The notes under the pieces: model-generated | The model's input: the letters and a program-made list of their open reading frames with translations, nothing else | What the model was told of the DNA's origin: nothing | The model's database searches: none | In this document: in pieces, positions 43,996-45,720 of the stretch | How positions within the stretch are numbered: the stretch's first letter is position 1 | Layout: each line of letters starts with the position of its first letter | Assembly (NCBI GenBank): GCA_044339945.1 | Contig: JBIIUN010000001.1 | Span: 1-45,720, forward strand | Direction: 5' to 3' | From: Candidatus Kapaibacterium sp. | GTDB taxonomy: Bacteria > Verrucomicrobiota > Verrucomicrobiia > Limisphaerales > UBA9464 | Length of the DNA: 45,720 nucleotides | Made by a program: the position numbers and the translations under genes

Positions 43996-44709
43996 ATGCC
44001 CGGAAGTGCCCACGGAGTCTTTGCCACCACGCACTGGAGCGTTGTGCTGGCGGCCGGCGACGTTCCCTCCGCCGCGTCGAGCGCCGCGTTGGAACGGCTC
44101 TGTCGCGGCTACTGGTATCCGCTCTACGCCCATTTCCGGCGGCGGGGCCGGAATCCCGACGACGCCGCGGAGCTGACCCAGGAACTGTTCGCCAACCTGC
44201 TCCGGCGGGATGGCTTCCGCCGGGTCGGTCCGGACAAGGGCCGCTTTCGCACCTTCCTGCTGACCGCCGCCGACCGGCTGCTGCTGGACCGCCACGCCGC
44301 CGAAACCGCCCACAAGCGGGGCGGCGGCCAAGTGGTCCTCGCGCTCGACGCCCTTTCCGCCGAGGAACGTTTTGCGCTCGAACCGCTGACCCATGAGACG
44401 CCCGATCGCGCCTTCGACCAACAATGGGCGGTGGCCCTGCTGGACCAAGCGATGCAGAAGCTGGCCGAGGAACAGGCCGCGCGCGACGACGCCCGCGCGT
44501 TTGCCCAATTGAGGCCGTTCCTCGCCACCGAGGCGGAAGCGGGCGACTACGGCCGCCTCGCGGCGGAACTGGGCCTGGCCCCCAACACCATCGCCAAGCG
44601 CGTCGAACGCCTGCGCGAGCGTTTCCGGGAATTGGTCCTCGCAGAAGCCCTGCAAACCGTGGGCACCCCGGCCGAGGCGGAGGCTGAACTCCGTTCCCTT
44701 TTCGGCTGA
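43996..44709 (+). CDS. ECF-type RNA polymerase sigma factor (kinase-associated type)
   Basis: ATG 43996 gives MPGSAHGVFATTHWSVVLAAG...LERLCRGYWYPLYAHFRRRGRNPDDAAELTQELFANLL (region 2), then ...YGRLAAELGLAPNTIAKRVERLRERF (region 4 HTH). A Ser/Thr kinase gene follows 39 nt downstream. Confidence 0.8.
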   Translation: MPGSAHGVFATTHWSVVLAAGDVPSAASSAALERLCRGYWYPLYAHFRRRGRNPDDAAELTQELFANLLRRDGFRRVGPDKGRFRTFLLTAADRLLLDRHAAETAHKRGGGQVVLALDALSAEERFALEPLTHETPDRAFDQQWAVALLDQAMQKLAEEQAARDDARAFAQLRPFLATEAEAGDYGRLAAELGLAPNTIAKRVERLRERFRELVLAEALQTVGTPAEAEAELRSLFG

Positions 44710-44747
44710 AGCCCGGTCATCGCGCCGGGAATTTGCCGTTTTCATCC

Positions 44748-45720
44748 ATGGTGACTTCGCCCTCGAACTCCGTGTGTCCTCGCTGCGGCCAGACCGTTTC
44801 CAGCGGCTGGATCGGCGGCCTGTGTCCCCGGTGCATCTCCCGCACTTCGCTGGGCGCCCTGCTGGGGCCGACCCCGGCGGCGAGGCCCCGGCTCGGCGAC
44901 TATGAACTCGGGGAGGAACTCGGCCGCGGGGCCATGGGGGCCGTTTATCGGGCCCGGCATGTGCCGTTGGGCCAGACGGTCGCGCTCAAGGTCATCCTGA
45001 CCGGCGAGTTCGCCAGCGAGTCGGAACGCCGGCGCTTCCTGGCGGAGGCCGGCCAGGCTGCGCGTCTGGACCACCCCAACATCGTGCGGGTCCTCAACTA
45101 CGGCGAAGCCGAAGGCCGGCAGTTCTACGCAATGGAACTGGTCGAAGGCCCCACGCTCGCCCAGCGAAGGCAAAATGCCGGGGACTTGGCGGGCAACGGT
45201 GCTCCCAGTGACGCCGACCCGCGTTCATTCCGCCATTTTGCCTCCTTGATTTCCCAGGTGGCCCGGGCCGTCCAGCACGCGCACGAGCGCGGCGTGCTCC
45301 ACCGCGACCTCAAGCCGGGCAACATCCTCCTCGACGCCGCCGGCACGCCGCACGTCGCCGATTTCGGCCTGGCCACGCTGCTCGGTGGCGACGGCGAGAA
45401 CCAGTCCGTCCGCGCCACCATGGCCGGCACCCCGGTCGGCACGCCGGCCTACATGGCGCCCGAACAGGTCCGCGGCGACCGCACCTTGACCACGGCGTCG
45501 GACCTCTGGAGCCTCGGGGCGATTCTTTACGAACTGCTCGCCGGCCGGCCGCCGTTCACCGGGGGCAGCGCTCCCGACACCTACCGGAAAATCCTGGAGG
45601 AAGAACCTCCGCGCCTTGGCGAAGGCCAACTGGGCGCCACCGCAAACACCCCTTCCCCGGTCCGCGACCTCGAAATCATCGCCCGCAAATGCCTGCGCAA
45701 GGTCCCGGCCGAGCGGTATC
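44748..45720 (+). CDS. Ser/Thr protein kinase with an N-terminal CxxC...CxxC zinc-ribbon, 3'-partial (open to the window end; not in the ORF track)
   Basis: ATG 44748 gives MVTSPSNSVCPRCGQTVSSGWIGGLCPRCIS...YELGEELGRGAMGAVYRARHVPLGQTVALKVI...HRDLKPGNILLD...VADFGLA...GTPAYMAPEQ...SDLWSLGAILYELLAGRPPF. These are Hanks subdomains I-IX. Confidence 0.9.
   Translation, partial: MVTSPSNSVCPRCGQTVSSGWIGGLCPRCISRTSLGALLGPTPAARPRLGDYELGEELGRGAMGAVYRARHVPLGQTVALKVILTGEFASESERRRFLAEAGQAARLDHPNIVRVLNYGEAEGRQFYAMELVEGPTLAQRRQNAGDLAGNGAPSDADPRSFRHFASLISQVARAVQHAHERGVLHRDLKPGNILLDAAGTPHVADFGLATLLGGDGENQSVRATMAGTPVGTPAYMAPEQVRGDRTLTTASDLWSLGAILYELLAGRPPFTGGSAPDTYRKILEEEPPRLGEGQLGATANTPSPVRDLEIIARKCLRKVPAERY

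Noticed and set aside
1-45720. Scan for CRISPR arrays, tRNA, rRNA, tmRNA and prophage or integrase genes.
   Set aside because: I saw no regularly spaced direct repeats with unique spacers, no cloverleaf or T-loop consensus, no rRNA-like segments, and no integrase or recombinase other than the IS5 transposase. This was a scan by eye and cannot exclude small ncRNAs.

Overview
This 45.7-kb window comes from a high-GC bacterium that looks like a member of the PVC group (Verrucomicrobiota or Planctomycetota). That placement is inferred only from gene content: a PSCyt1 domain, a DUF1559/H-X9-DG pseudopilin, FG-GAP, NHL and PA14-type secreted repeat proteins, and an ECF sigma factor paired with a Ser/Thr kinase. 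The backbone is housekeeping. On the minus strand there is a contiguous ribosomal spc/alpha cluster, rplB-rpsS-rplV-rpsC-rplP-rpmC-rpsQ-rplN-rplX-rplE-rpsN-rpsH-rplF-rplR-rpsE-rplO-secY-map-rpmJ-rpsM-rpsK-rpsD-rpoA-rplQ (24.6-37.3 kb). The window also holds deaD, rnc, trxA, ridA, an IscX homologue, an RRM/RGG RNA-binding protein, glgC and a PhoR/PhoB-like two-component pair. The left third is accessory-looking. It carries a 5'-partial FG-GAP_2 propeller gene built from ~200-nt tandem repeats, a frameshifted AraC gene, an orphan start-less PSCyt1 fragment, and a two-domain esterase. It also carries a DUF58 gene and a BatA/vWA gene separated by a sorAB sulfite dehydrogenase pair, a small lower-GC orphan ORF with a PD-(D/E)xK-like motif, an Fe3+-type ABC binding protein plus permease with no ATPase gene, and an NHL lipoprotein. 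The right end has a DUF1559 pseudopilin and a PA14-type adhesin, divergent from an ECF sigma gene and a 3'-partial Ser/Thr kinase. An IS5-group transposase with a C-terminal frameshift sits between rnc and rplQ. Three dispersed palindromic repeat families and two in-frame palindromic heptamer-repeat insertions inside unrelated CDSs were found by eye. I see no CRISPR array, tRNA or rRNA. I cannot point to a clear multi-gene novel system. The best candidates for follow-up are the orphan nuclease-like ORF, the uncharacterised protein translationally coupled to rnc, the in-frame palindromic insertions, and the ECF/kinase module facing the pseudopilin-adhesin pair. All homology statements rest on motif recognition by eye; no searches were run.
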